A stretch of 42,704 nt of DNA from NCBI GenBank assembly GCA_008017065.1, contig SSGT01000076.1, positions 1 to 42,704 of the forward strand, written 5' to 3'. Below, in pieces: positions 9,790 to 19,588 of the stretch. A program made the position numbers and the translations under genes. The notes under the pieces were generated by a model that worked only from the letters and a program-made list of their open reading frames with translations, had not been told where the DNA came from and searched no databases. Source of the stretch: Crocinitomicaceae bacterium. Its GTDB lineage: Bacteria; Bacteroidota; Bacteroidia; Flavobacteriales_D; Crocinitomicaceae. Within the stretch, counting starts at the first letter, position 1; each line of letters begins with the position of its first letter.

Positions 9790-11037
9790 TTATTTCGTTC
9801 CGTGAATTCCGATAATTTGCTCGATGTGATTGTCACCAAATGCGTATGCAAGGTAAGCAAGCGATGGGATTTCCTTGGTTAAAATCACATTTCCGCTTTT
9901 CCCCAAGCTGATTGTCCCGTGACTTGCTGAAAGTCCCATCGCGTAAGCTGCATTGATTGTGAGTGCATTGATCGCTTCTTCCGGTGTCATTTTCATCTTG
10001 ATACACGCCAAACTCAGTACTACGCCCAAATTACCTGTTGGAGTAGTCCCTGGATTGAAATCACTTGCAAGTGCAACGGGTAGATTTGCATTGATCAATC
10101 GGCGCGCATCGCCAAAGGGTATTGAAATGAAGTGTGAACAGCTCGGCAATAACGTTGGCATACACTTCGATTGTTGTAACGCACGAATGTCATTTTCGTC
10201 GATCTCTTCCAAGTGGTCTACTGACAACGCACCGAGTTCAATTGCTTTCTCGATCCCACCTAAAATTGAAAATTGATTGACATGTACTTTCGGAATTAGG
10301 CCGTATTGTTTGCCTGCAGTCAATATTTCTTCCATTTCCGCAACCGAAAAATAATTGCGTTCGCAAAACACATCAATGTAATCCGCCAAGTTTTCAGCTG
10401 CTATGGCGGGCAACATTTCCTGAATTATCAAATCGATGTAGCCGCGGTGATTTTCTTTGTATGCTGCAGGAAATGCATGAGCTCCTAAAAATGTCGCTTT
10501 TATCGGGATCCCAGCGGTTTCTTTCAGTCGCTTAATCACACGCAATATTTTGAGTTCAGCCTCTACAGAAAGGCCATATCCTGATTTTATTTCGAGTGCT
10601 CCCGTACCGTACGATTGTAGCAGTTGGACACGTTTTAAGGCATCGGCATACAATTCTTCTTCGGTTTTTTCAGCCAATCTCCGGGCTGAGTTCAGTATAC
10701 CGCCACCTTTCAACGCAATTTCTTCGTAGGTCAAACCATTGATTCGGTCTACAAATTCCTCTTCTCTGCTTTTAGCGAAAACCAAATGGGTGTGTGAATC
10801 ACAAAAAGCTGGCAGCACATATTTTCCGTCTGCATCGATGATTTCTAAATCCCGCCAATCGGTGATTCCCTCCCAATCCTCCATCAAACCGTATGCAACA
10901 ATTTGATTGTCTTCAATTGCCAAATAGGCATTTTCGAGCACCGGTAAAGCGGCCATCTCTTTTCCTTTTACGTAGGAAGGGAAATTTTCTCCCGCTTGGA
11001 CAAGACCTTTTATGTTTTTTACAAGAATTTTTGACAT
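9790..11037 (-). CDS. hutI: imidazolonepropionase (amidohydrolase superfamily)
   Basis: 415 aa. Metal-ligand motifs FCDSHTHLVF, KVHVNQFS and ALASDFNPG, with the HutI-like overall layout. Confidence 0.8.
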   Translation of the reverse strand: MSKILVKNIKGLVQAGENFPSYVKGKEMAALPVLENAYLAIEDNQIVAYGLMEDWEGITDWRDLEIIDADGKYVLPAFCDSHTHLVFAKSREEEFVDRINGLTYEEIALKGGGILNSARRLAEKTEEELYADALKRVQLLQSYGTGALEIKSGYGLSVEAELKILRVIKRLKETAGIPIKATFLGAHAFPAAYKENHRGYIDLIIQEMLPAIAAENLADYIDVFCERNYFSVAEMEEILTAGKQYGLIPKVHVNQFSILGGIEKAIELGALSVDHLEEIDENDIRALQQSKCMPTLLPSCSHFISIPFGDARRLINANLPVALASDFNPGTTPTGNLGVVLSLACIKMKMTPEEAINALTINAAYAMGLSASHGTISLGKSGNVILTKEIPSLAYLAYAFGDNHIEQIIGIHGTK

Positions 11038-11161
11038 AGTGCAATTTTACTACATTTTTGTGGATTTCAAAACTCTTTGTGTTCTCTCCGTTAATCAATC
11101 GGGGTGCATCCTACTTTTTCGGAACAAATCACTAGTTCGTGCGTTGTGAACGCAAATTTGT

Positions 11162-11169
11162 TACATTTG
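11162..11169 (+). promoter_or_regulatory. candidate -7 promoter box (TACATTTG) for gpsA
   Basis: Perfect TAnnTTTG, 16 nt upstream of the ATG at 11185, inside the divergent hutI/gpsA intergenic region. Confidence 0.35.
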
Positions 11170-11184
11170 CAATTGAACTAGGAC

Positions 11185-12183
11185 ATGGATAATTCAAAGA
11201 AAATAGCTGTAATCGGTGGAGGAAGTTGGGCAACTGCGTTGGTTAAAATGCTGTGCAACAACTTGGAAACGGTGCATTGGTTTATGCGTAATCAAGAGGC
11301 TGTTGACCATATTTTGAAGTACAAACACAATCCAAAGTACCTGCAATCTGTCGAGTTTGATTTAAGTAAAATTCACGTGACGACTTGTCTTGAAACGACG
11401 ATTTCAAGTGCGGATGTAATCATCATCGCTACTCCTTCTGCTTTTTTAGTGAAACTTTTTGAAAATGTTTCCAACGATTTATTTGAAGGAAAAGTTGTTT
11501 TTTCAGCTGTCAAAGGAATTATTCCCGAGTACAACGCCATTCCCGCTCGTTTCATTCATAAAACATTTGGTACACCTTACAGCAAAATTGGGATCATTTG
11601 TGGACCGTGTCATGCGGAAGAAGTTGCATTGGAACGTCTTTCATATTTGACCATTGCTTGTCAAGACGAACGTATAGCTGGCGACATGGCGCGTTTATTG
11701 GCATGTAGATACATCAAAACGACCGTTTCGGATGATCTGTTTGGGACTGAGTTTTCCGCTGTGTTGAAAAACGTGTATGCAATTGCATCTGGAATTTGCG
11801 CTGGTTTGGGGTATGGTGACAATTTTCAGTCTGTTCTGATTGCGAATGCCATTCAAGAAATCGAGAATTTCATCGATGAAGTCAGTCCAATTCACCGCGA
11901 TGTGAAGTCAAGTGCTTACTTGGGCGATTTATTGGTAACTGCCTACTCTAAATTTTCGAGAAATCGGACCTTTGGTTTCATGATTGGAAAAGGGTATTCT
12001 GTCAAAACGGCCCAACTAGAAATGGACATGATTGCTGAAGGTTATTACGCCGTAAAATGTGTTGTTGAAATCAATAAAAAGTTTCAAGTCGAAATGCCGA
12101 TTGTAGAGGCCGTCAACAACATTTTGTACGAAAAAATTTCACCCGTTATCGAAATGCGCATTTTGTCGGATAAATTGAGTTGA
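11185..12183 (+). CDS. gpsA: NAD(P)H-dependent glycerol-3-phosphate dehydrogenase
   Basis: Rossmann N-terminus IAVIGGGSWATAL, plus GDLLVTAYSKFSRNRTFG and EGYYAVK, all characteristic of GpsA. Confidence 0.9.
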   Translation: MDNSKKIAVIGGGSWATALVKMLCNNLETVHWFMRNQEAVDHILKYKHNPKYLQSVEFDLSKIHVTTCLETTISSADVIIIATPSAFLVKLFENVSNDLFEGKVVFSAVKGIIPEYNAIPARFIHKTFGTPYSKIGIICGPCHAEEVALERLSYLTIACQDERIAGDMARLLACRYIKTTVSDDLFGTEFSAVLKNVYAIASGICAGLGYGDNFQSVLIANAIQEIENFIDEVSPIHRDVKSSAYLGDLLVTAYSKFSRNRTFGFMIGKGYSVKTAQLEMDMIAEGYYAVKCVVEINKKFQVEMPIVEAVNNILYEKISPVIEMRILSDKLS

Positions 12184-12902
12184 TTTTACAGGTAACGAAG
12201 TGAGTTTCTCCCACAGCAGCTTGAACAATCGGGAGGAAAGATGAAATTTCAAGTTTTCAAGTCCATCTCAGACTTGTAGTGTTCCAATTGTTCGTTTTTT
12301 CTTCTGTGGTCGTTTTAAGAAGTAAGCGGACAGATCGTTAATCGGACGAGAATTTGTTAGAATAATAAAATTCAATGACTCAACGTCAATTTCTCCATTA
12401 CACGCCGTCGAGTTTCGCACTCCATGTGACGAATAAAATTTTCACTGTGTACCAATTTTGCTTCCAGTACGCATAGAAACACGTTTTTCGATGTCTGAAT
12501 TCTCCAAAAAGAGCGTGTAGTTTATCTCGTTTTCAACCAACTTTTTTAGTGACCACGTCAAAGCTCAGTTGTTTCTGTTTTCATCATTTTTCAATCGAAT
12601 TTTGGAGTCCTTTCAATTTGTTAATAAATCCCGTTGTGGTCACTTGATTGCGTTGTTTTTGAAAATTTCGATTTTTTAGTGAAACTCAGTCGTACCGTAC
12701 AATGATACCACTCGTTATGTTATTTAGAATCTTTCTATTTTAACCTATTTTTTTGATTCTATTTTTTTGTAATAAATTGTAAATGTGTACTTTGTGAATT
12801 TTTTGAAGTGACTTTTTTTTCCGAAATGACATAAAATCGAATTTCCATTTGTTGCTATGTTTATAAGTACTAATTTTACACCTCAATTTTATTAGTAAAC
12901 GT

Positions 12903-13268
12903 ATGTCAAGTGCTGAAGATTATCTACCCATTCTCATTTTAGGCGCCGTTGCCTTGGGATTTGTAGTAATAGTGTTGATAGTGACTCACCTGTTGGGTCC
13001 AAGTGTGCATTCTAAGAAAAAAGATTCCAACTTTGAATGTGGAATTGAATCGGAGGGTAATGCCCGATTTCCTGTATCGGTTCGCTATTTCCTGACTGCA
13101 ATTTTGTTCGTTCTTTTTGACGTCGAGGTAATTTTCTTTTACCCGTATGCAGTAAATTTCAAAAATTTAGAACTAGAAGGACTTTTAGCTGTTATTCTAT
13201 TCGTAGCCTTCTTCTTGACAGGCTTTATGTATGTATTGAAAAAAGGAGCATTAGAATGGGAAAAATAA
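12903..13268 (+). CDS. nuoA: NADH-quinone oxidoreductase subunit A
   Basis: 121 aa, three TM segments, FECGIES and FDVEVIFFYPYA. First gene of the nuo cluster. Confidence 0.95.
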   Translation: MSSAEDYLPILILGAVALGFVVIVLIVTHLLGPSVHSKKKDSNFECGIESEGNARFPVSVRYFLTAILFVLFDVEVIFFYPYAVNFKNLELEGLLAVILFVAFFLTGFMYVLKKGALEWEK

Positions 13269-13810
13269 TTGAAGGTAAAGTAGAAACGATTGATTACCAA
13301 GGGTTTCAGTTGACTACGTTAGACAAAGCGATTGGAGCTGCGCGAGCGAATTCGATGTGGCCATTGCCTTTTGCAACTTCTTGTTGTGGAATTGAATACA
13401 TGGCAACCATGGGTTCCAACTACGATTTAGCGCGTTTTGGAATGGAAAGAATGTCATTTTCACCACGCCAAGCAGATTTGCTAATTGTGGCAGGTACTAT
13501 TTCTAAAAAATTAGCGCCGATTTTGAAGCAGGTTTACGAACAAATGGCTGAGCCAAAGTGGGTTTTGTCGGTTGGTGCTTGTGCTTCGAGTGGAGGTGTG
13601 TTTGACACGTACAGCGTTTTGCAAGGGATTGATCGCATCATTCCTGTAGATGTATACGTACCGGGATGTCCGCCTAGACCAGAGCAAATTATTGATGGAA
13701 TCATGAATATCCATGAGTTGGTGAAGCATGAATCGTTGCGAAGAAGGTATTCTGAGAAATACACTTCGATGTTGAACGACTATAATATTGAAACAAATGT
13801 CGACAAATAG
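13256..13810 (+). CDS. nuoB: NADH-quinone oxidoreductase subunit B
   Basis: N2 cluster ligand motifs SCCGIEYMA, GACASSGG and GCPPRPE. Overlaps nuoA by 13 nt. Confidence 0.95.
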   Translation: MGKIIEGKVETIDYQGFQLTTLDKAIGAARANSMWPLPFATSCCGIEYMATMGSNYDLARFGMERMSFSPRQADLLIVAGTISKKLAPILKQVYEQMAEPKWVLSVGACASSGGVFDTYSVLQGIDRIIPVDVYVPGCPPRPEQIIDGIMNIHELVKHESLRRRYSEKYTSMLNDYNIETNVDK

Positions 13811-14312
13811 TAAAATCACAAACGAATTTGCACTAGCGAGGCTGACGGCACAATTCGATGGGAAGATAATTTCGGCAGAAACTCCGTATGATTTATTGAC
13901 AATTGAAGTACCTGCTGCGGATTTGCACGCAGTTATTTCTTGGTTAAAGTCTGACGACGTATTGCGTGTCGCTTACTTGACAAATATTGCAGGAATTCAT
14001 TATCCAACCCAAGAAAATCGTGAGTTTGCTGTTGTTTATCATTTGCACAGCTTGGAAAATAATTTCAGAATTCGTTTGAAAGCATACATTCCATTGGCAA
14101 ACCCAACGGTGAAAACGATCACAGATTTATACGCTGGAGCGAATTGGATGGAGCGTGAAACATTTGATTTTTACGGAATCATGTTTGCTGGTCATCCCAA
14201 TTTGACACGTATTTTGAACGAAGAAACCATGGATTATTTCCCGATGAGAAAAGAATATCGTTTGGAAGATGATACCAGACAGGATAAAGATAACCGCTTT
14301 TTCGGAAGATAA
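13797..14312 (+). CDS. nuoC: NADH-quinone oxidoreductase subunit C
   Basis: ANWMERETFDFYGIMFAGHPNL. The ATG at 13797 is preferred over the TTG at 13788. Not fused to nuoD. Confidence 0.93.
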   Translation: MSTNSKITNEFALARLTAQFDGKIISAETPYDLLTIEVPAADLHAVISWLKSDDVLRVAYLTNIAGIHYPTQENREFAVVYHLHSLENNFRIRLKAYIPLANPTVKTITDLYAGANWMERETFDFYGIMFAGHPNLTRILNEETMDYFPMRKEYRLEDDTRQDKDNRFFGR

Positions 14313-14327
14313 GATTTGTAGACGATT

Positions 14328-15548
14328 ATGGGATTACAAGATCAAATAAAGCCAGGAAACAACTTGTCGATTGAGACAATTGATGGGGATATAGCTACGC
14401 TGAACTTAGGGCCAACGCACCCAGCAACGCACGGTATTTTCCAAAACATCTTGAAAGTAGATGGTGAAAAAATTCTTTCATCTGAACAAACGGTTGGGTA
14501 CATTCACCGTGCTTTTGAGAAAATTGCGGAACACAGACCGTACAATCAAATTACGCCATTGACGGATCGATTGAATTATTGTTCGTCGCCAATCAACAAC
14601 ATGGGTTGGCACATGACAGTTGAAAAATTGATTCAGGCTGAAATTCCAAAACGCGTTGATTACATGCGTGTGATCGTGATGGAATTAGCGCGTATCGCAG
14701 ATCACTTGGTGTGCAACTCGGTGATTGGTGTGGATACGGGAGCCTTGACAGGATTTACGTACGTATTTCAAGAGCGTGAGAAAATTTACGAATTGTACGA
14801 GGAAATTTGCGGTGCACGTTTGACCACAAATGTCGGAAGAGTCGGTGGATTTGAGCGCGATTTTTCTCCTACTTTCCACAAAAAATTGAAGGACTTCTTG
14901 AAAACGTTTCCAAAGGTGTTTACTGAATTTGACAACCTCCTTTCGAGAAACCGAATTTTTATGGATCGTACCATCAATTCAGGTCCGATTTCAGCGCAAA
15001 GAGCACTCGATTACTCGTTTTCAGGTCCTAATTTGCGTGCGGCAGGAATCGACTACGATGTACGTGCAATGAATCCATATTCTTCTTACGAAGATTTCGA
15101 TTTCATTGTTCCAGTTGGTACGCAAGGCGATACATACGATCGTTTTCAAGTACGTCAAGAAGAAATCCGCCAAAGTCTTTCGATTATCAAACAAGCTTAC
15201 GAAGGCATGCCTGAAGGAAAATACTACGGCGATGTTCCAGAGTTTTACCTTCCTCCAAAAGAAGATGTATACAACAAAATGGAAGCGTTAATTTATCACT
15301 TCAAAATTGTGATGGGTGAAACGGCTGTGCCTGCAGGCGAAGTATACCACAGTGTGGAAGGTGGAAACGGAGAATTAGGATTTTATTTGGTCAGCGATGG
15401 AAGCAGAGCTCCGTACCGTTTGCAATTCCGTAGACCTTGTTTTATTTATTACCAAGCGTATCCAGAAATGATTACCGGTCAAAGTATCAGTGATGCTGTA
15501 TTGACCTTGAGTAGCATGAATGTGATTGCTGGAGAATTGGACGCTTAG
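14328..15548 (+). CDS. nuoD: NADH-quinone oxidoreductase subunit D
   Basis: LGPTHPATHGIF, a 49-kDa subunit signature, and a C-terminal IAGELDA. Confidence 0.95.
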   Translation: MGLQDQIKPGNNLSIETIDGDIATLNLGPTHPATHGIFQNILKVDGEKILSSEQTVGYIHRAFEKIAEHRPYNQITPLTDRLNYCSSPINNMGWHMTVEKLIQAEIPKRVDYMRVIVMELARIADHLVCNSVIGVDTGALTGFTYVFQEREKIYELYEEICGARLTTNVGRVGGFERDFSPTFHKKLKDFLKTFPKVFTEFDNLLSRNRIFMDRTINSGPISAQRALDYSFSGPNLRAAGIDYDVRAMNPYSSYEDFDFIVPVGTQGDTYDRFQVRQEEIRQSLSIIKQAYEGMPEGKYYGDVPEFYLPPKEDVYNKMEALIYHFKIVMGETAVPAGEVYHSVEGGNGELGFYLVSDGSRAPYRLQFRRPCFIYYQAYPEMITGQSISDAVLTLSSMNVIAGELDA

Positions 15549-15551
15549 ATT

Positions 15552-16082
15552 ATGAAAATAGAAGTTACTCAACAAAGTAGACCCGTTCTCAGTCCTGAAA
15601 AAATGGCTGAAATTCAGGGTGTAATTAGTCAGTTTCCAGCTGGAAAACAAAAAAGTGCTATCATCCGCATCTTACACATTGTGGAAGAAGTGGCGGGTGG
15701 ATGGTTGAGCCCAGACACCATGGACATGGTAGCCGAAATTTTAGATATTCAACCGATAGAGGTGTACGAAGTAGCAACTTTCTACACGATGTTCAATTTG
15801 CAGCCTGTTGGTAAATATGTCTTCGAAGTATGTCGTACGGGCCCATGTATGCTCGTTGGTAGTGACAATATCATCGAATACATCGAAAACAAATTGGATA
15901 TCAAAGTTGGCGGTACTTCTGCTGACGGTATGTTTACGCTAAAAACAGCAGAGTGCTTGGGAGCTTGTGGATACGGTCCGATGCTTCAATGTGGAAAACA
16001 CTATCACGAACATTTGACTCCAGCAAAAGTAGATGAACTCATTGAGGCTTGTCGAAAAGGGGAGATTAAAGCTAATTTTTAA
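15552..16082 (+). CDS. nuoE: NADH-quinone oxidoreductase subunit E (2Fe-2S)
   Basis: Cys ligands in VCRTGPCMLVG and CLGACGYGP. Confidence 0.93.
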   Translation: MKIEVTQQSRPVLSPEKMAEIQGVISQFPAGKQKSAIIRILHIVEEVAGGWLSPDTMDMVAEILDIQPIEVYEVATFYTMFNLQPVGKYVFEVCRTGPCMLVGSDNIIEYIENKLDIKVGGTSADGMFTLKTAECLGACGYGPMLQCGKHYHEHLTPAKVDELIEACRKGEIKANF

Positions 16083-16087
16083 TACAG

Positions 16088-17425
16088 ATGGGAAGAAAAT
16101 TACTCTTAGAACATGCAGATGTTCCAGGCATCGAGACATTTGATGTGTATCGTAAACACGGAGGTTACCGTTCTGTTGAAAAAGCATTGAAAACCATGTC
16201 TCCTGAAGATGTGGTGGAGGAAGTAAAGAAAGCCAATTTGAAAGGACGTGGTGGAGCAGGTTTCCCGACGGGTTTGAAGTGGTCGTTTCTCGCGAAGCCG
16301 GAAGGTGTTCCGAGATATTTGCTTTGCAATGCGGATGAGTCAGAACCAGGAACTTTCAAAGACCGTTATTTAATGGAACACATCCCTCACTTGTTGATTG
16401 AGGGAATGATCGTTTCGAGTTACGCATTGGGTTCAAACTTGTCGTTCATCTACATCCGAGGCGAGTACTTGTGGATTTTAGAGATTCTTGAAAAAGCAAT
16501 TGCCGAAGCATACGCGAAAGGATTCTTGGGGAAAAATATTTTGGGTTCAGGTTTTGATCTGGATTTGCGTGTCGCTCCAGGTGGAGGTGCATACATTTGC
16601 GGTGAAGAAACAGCGTTGATTGAATCCTTGGAAGGAAAACGTGGAAATCCGCGTATCAAACCACCGTTCCCAGCTGTAAAGGGATTGTGGGGTTGTCCAA
16701 CCGTGGTAAATAACGTAGAAAGTTTGGCTACTGTTGTCCCAATTATTAACGACGGTGCTGAAGAATATACCAAATTAGGAACGGAAGCAAGTAACGGAAC
16801 GAAATTAATCTCTGCGTGCGGAAATGTGACACGTGGAGGAGTTTACGAAATCGAACTTGGTCTTTCTGTAGAAGAATTTATCTACGGTGACGAATGGTGC
16901 CGAGGAATCGCAAACAATAAAAAGATCAAAGCGTTGGTTCCGGGTGGTTCATCTGTTCCGATTTTGCCTGCACATTTGATTACCAAAACTGCCGCTGGAG
17001 AAAACCGGTTGATGAGCTACGAAAGTTTAGCTGACGGTGGTTTTGCTTCTGGTTCGATGCTCGGATCTGGTGGATTCATCGTTTTTGATGAAGACCAGTG
17101 TATTGTCCGAAACACGTGGAATTTTGCTCGTTTTTATGCACACGAATCGTGCGGTCAGTGTTCTCCTTGCCGAGAAGGTACGGGCTGGATGGAAAAAGTA
17201 TTGCACCGTCTTGAAATTGGTAAAGGAAACATGCGCGACATTGAATTGTTGGCAGATATCAATAAAAAAATCGAAGGAAATACGATTTGTCCGTTGGGTG
17301 ATGCTGCTGCATGGCCTGTCGCTGCCGCAATTCGTCACTTCCGTGAGGAGTTTGAATGGCACGTTACGCATCCAGAAGATGCGGTGAAAGGAAACTACGG
17401 TTTGTTAAAAGGAGTAACAGTTTAA
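16088..17425 (+). CDS. nuoF: NADH-quinone oxidoreductase subunit F (FMN/NADH site, 4Fe-4S)
   Basis: GRGGAGFPTGLKW, CNADESEPGTFKDR and the N3 cluster motif ESCGQCSPCREG. Confidence 0.95.
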   Translation: MGRKLLLEHADVPGIETFDVYRKHGGYRSVEKALKTMSPEDVVEEVKKANLKGRGGAGFPTGLKWSFLAKPEGVPRYLLCNADESEPGTFKDRYLMEHIPHLLIEGMIVSSYALGSNLSFIYIRGEYLWILEILEKAIAEAYAKGFLGKNILGSGFDLDLRVAPGGGAYICGEETALIESLEGKRGNPRIKPPFPAVKGLWGCPTVVNNVESLATVVPIINDGAEEYTKLGTEASNGTKLISACGNVTRGGVYEIELGLSVEEFIYGDEWCRGIANNKKIKALVPGGSSVPILPAHLITKTAAGENRLMSYESLADGGFASGSMLGSGGFIVFDEDQCIVRNTWNFARFYAHESCGQCSPCREGTGWMEKVLHRLEIGKGNMRDIELLADINKKIEGNTICPLGDAAAWPVAAAIRHFREEFEWHVTHPEDAVKGNYGLLKGVTV

Positions 17426-17468
17426 TATTCGCTTGACGACTCGTCAAGAAGAAAATAAAATAAGAACT

Positions 17469-18434
17469 ATGGTCAAAGTAACCATTGATGGCATTGATGT
17501 AGAGGTTGAAGCAGGTACAACTGTTTTAAATGCTGCTCGCAAAATAGGCGGTGATGTTGTTCCCCCTGCGATGTGCTATTACAGTAAATTAGAAGGTAGC
17601 GGTGGAAAATGCCGTACGTGTTTGGTGGAAGTAGCAGCTGGCTCTGCAAACGACCCAAGACCAATGCCTAAATTAGTAGCTTCTTGTTCAACACCTGTCC
17701 AAGACGGTATGGTAATCAAAAACAAAACGAGCGAAAAAGTACACGTGAATCGTGGTGCTGTAACGGAGTTTTTGTTGATTAATCACCCATTAGATTGTCC
17801 AATTTGTGATCAAGCGGGTGAGTGTCACTTGCAAGATTTAGGCTACGAACACGGAGCTTCAGGAACGCGTTACGAAGAAGAACGACGAAGATTTGATCCA
17901 ATTGATATTGGAAACAAAATCAAACTTCACATGAATCGCTGTATTCTATGTTACCGATGTGTGATGGTCGCAAATCAACTTACTGACAAACGTGTTCACG
18001 GTGTGTTGGGTCGTGGAGATCATGCTGAAATTAGTACGTACATCCACAACGCCATCGAAAACGATTTCTCTGGAAACATGATTGACGTGTGTCCAGTTGG
18101 AGCATTGACCGACAAAACATTCCGTTTCAAAAGTCGTGTTTGGTTTTTGAAACCAATGGAAGCAACATGTGAGTGCACGAAGTGTTCAGGTAAAGCCGTA
18201 GTTTGGATGTTTGGCGACGAAATCTATCGCGTAACTGCTCGCAAAGACAAGTACGGCGAAGTGGAAGATAACGATGGTAAGCCAGCTTGGATTTGTAACG
18301 ATTGTCGTTTTGAGAAAAAAGACCCTGCCAAATGGAACATTCTTGGTCCACGCAAGATAAATCGTCATTCTGTAATTTCTGCCAATCACTACGAATTAGC
18401 AGACCCGAATAACAATTCTAAAAAAGTGAAGTAA
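17469..18434 (+). CDS. nuoG: NADH-quinone oxidoreductase subunit G, short form lacking the molybdopterin-like domain
   Basis: MVKVTIDGIDVEV start, 2Fe-2S Cys pattern CYYS..CRTC..C, HPLDCPICDQAGEC, and CILCYRCV..CPVGAL. Only about 320 aa. The ATG at 17469 is preferred over the TTG at 17433. Confidence 0.9.
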   Translation: MVKVTIDGIDVEVEAGTTVLNAARKIGGDVVPPAMCYYSKLEGSGGKCRTCLVEVAAGSANDPRPMPKLVASCSTPVQDGMVIKNKTSEKVHVNRGAVTEFLLINHPLDCPICDQAGECHLQDLGYEHGASGTRYEEERRRFDPIDIGNKIKLHMNRCILCYRCVMVANQLTDKRVHGVLGRGDHAEISTYIHNAIENDFSGNMIDVCPVGALTDKTFRFKSRVWFLKPMEATCECTKCSGKAVVWMFGDEIYRVTARKDKYGEVEDNDGKPAWICNDCRFEKKDPAKWNILGPRKINRHSVISANHYELADPNNNSKKVK

Positions 18435-19564
18435 TGGATACAGGATTATTACTTGAAAAAACAATACTCGTACTTATCGTTTTTGCAGTTACGTTATTTG
18501 CAGCTGCATATCAAACGTATATGGAGCGAAAAGTAGCGGCGTGGATGCAAGATCGCGTCGGTCCAGATCGAGCAGGACCGTTTGGTATTTTGCAACCAAT
18601 CGCTGATGCGGGGAAACTGTTCTTTAAAGAAGACTTCATTCCTGCGAATGCAGACAAGTGGTTGTTTATTATGGGGCCAGGAATCGCCATGTTTACTGCA
18701 GCGATTACGGGGGCAGTTATTCCGTGGGGACCACCACTCGAGATCATGGGAAGAACCGTTTCATTGCAAATTGCAGACATCAACATCGGCGTTCTTTTTG
18801 TAATGGGAATCGCATCCATTGGAGTGTATGGAATTATGATTGGAGGTTGGGCTTCTAACAATAAGTTCTCGCTTTTTTCGGCTATCCGCGCTTCATCACA
18901 GATGATTTCGTATGAGTTGGCAATGGGGGTTTCAGTAATTACTGTTGTTTTGATGTCGGGAAGTTTGAGTTTGAACGAAATCGTAGCGCAACAACATGGA
19001 ATGAATTGGAACGTATGGTACCAACCGTTGTGTTTCTTAGTGTTCTTTATTTGTTCCGTGGCGGAATGTAACCGAGCTCCGTTTGACATGGCGGAATGTG
19101 AAAGTGAATTGATTGGAGGATACCATACAGAATACGGTTCGATGAAAATGGGATTCTATTTGTTTGCCGAGTATGTGAATTTATTCGTGTCCTCTGCAAT
19201 CATTGCTGCTTTGTTTTTCGGTGGTTACAACTTCCCGGGAATGGATAATTTTTCAGGAAATACGTTAGCTATTATCGGAACATTGGTTTTCCTATTCAAA
19301 ATTCTTTTCTTCATCTTCGTGTTCATGTGGATTCGTTGGACGCTTCCTCGTTTCCGCTACGATCAATTGATGCACTTGGGTTGGAAAAAACTGATACCGA
19401 TCTCTTTGATCAACTTGGTGATTTCGGCGCTAGTTATTGCATTCTCGTACGGTTGGTTTAATAGTAAACCAGCAAATGCGGTCAAATCTTCGGAAGTAGA
19501 AGATGTTGCGGTTGTGTCCGTGGCGCAGCAAGACAATAGCTTCAAGACGAATTTTAATAATTAA
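18434..19564 (+). CDS. nuoH: NADH-quinone oxidoreductase subunit H
   Basis: MERKVAAWMQDRVGPDRAGPFG, polytopic. The ATG overlaps the nuoG TAA by 1 nt. Polar C-terminal tail of about 35 aa. Confidence 0.95.
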   Translation: MDTGLLLEKTILVLIVFAVTLFAAAYQTYMERKVAAWMQDRVGPDRAGPFGILQPIADAGKLFFKEDFIPANADKWLFIMGPGIAMFTAAITGAVIPWGPPLEIMGRTVSLQIADINIGVLFVMGIASIGVYGIMIGGWASNNKFSLFSAIRASSQMISYELAMGVSVITVVLMSGSLSLNEIVAQQHGMNWNVWYQPLCFLVFFICSVAECNRAPFDMAECESELIGGYHTEYGSMKMGFYLFAEYVNLFVSSAIIAALFFGGYNFPGMDNFSGNTLAIIGTLVFLFKILFFIFVFMWIRWTLPRFRYDQLMHLGWKKLIPISLINLVISALVIAFSYGWFNSKPANAVKSSEVEDVAVVSVAQQDNSFKTNFNN

Positions 19565-19588
19565 TTAGAACAACTCATTTCTAGAGAT

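Noticed and set aside
12205-12239. Hairpin after gpsA considered as an intrinsic terminator
   Set aside because: The stem has a bulge and is not followed by a U-tract, so I do not annotate it as a terminator.
12241-12279. 12-codon micro-ORF (MKFQVFKSISDL) preceded by a perfect GGGAGG Shine-Dalgarno-like sequence
   Set aside because: Tempting, because Shine-Dalgarno sites are rare here. However, the GGGAGG is the 3' arm of the hairpin after gpsA, the peptide is tiny, and I have no conservation evidence. Probably coincidental.
12375-12476. 33-codon ORF (MTQRQFLHYTPSSF...) in the nuo leader
   Set aside because: It has no recognisable family, no good initiation context, and a length expected by chance in 719 nt. 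It is kept only as a possible pseudogene fragment to test by blastx.
17433-17468. TTG at 17433 as the nuoG start
   Set aside because: NuoG proteins normally begin directly with the M-x-K-x-T-I-D-G strand, which the ATG at 17469 provides.
18511-19089. 192-aa ORF on the minus strand in the supplied track
   Set aside because: It lies entirely antisense to nuoH, which has unmistakable family motifs. The translation has no recognisable motifs. It is a shadow ORF.
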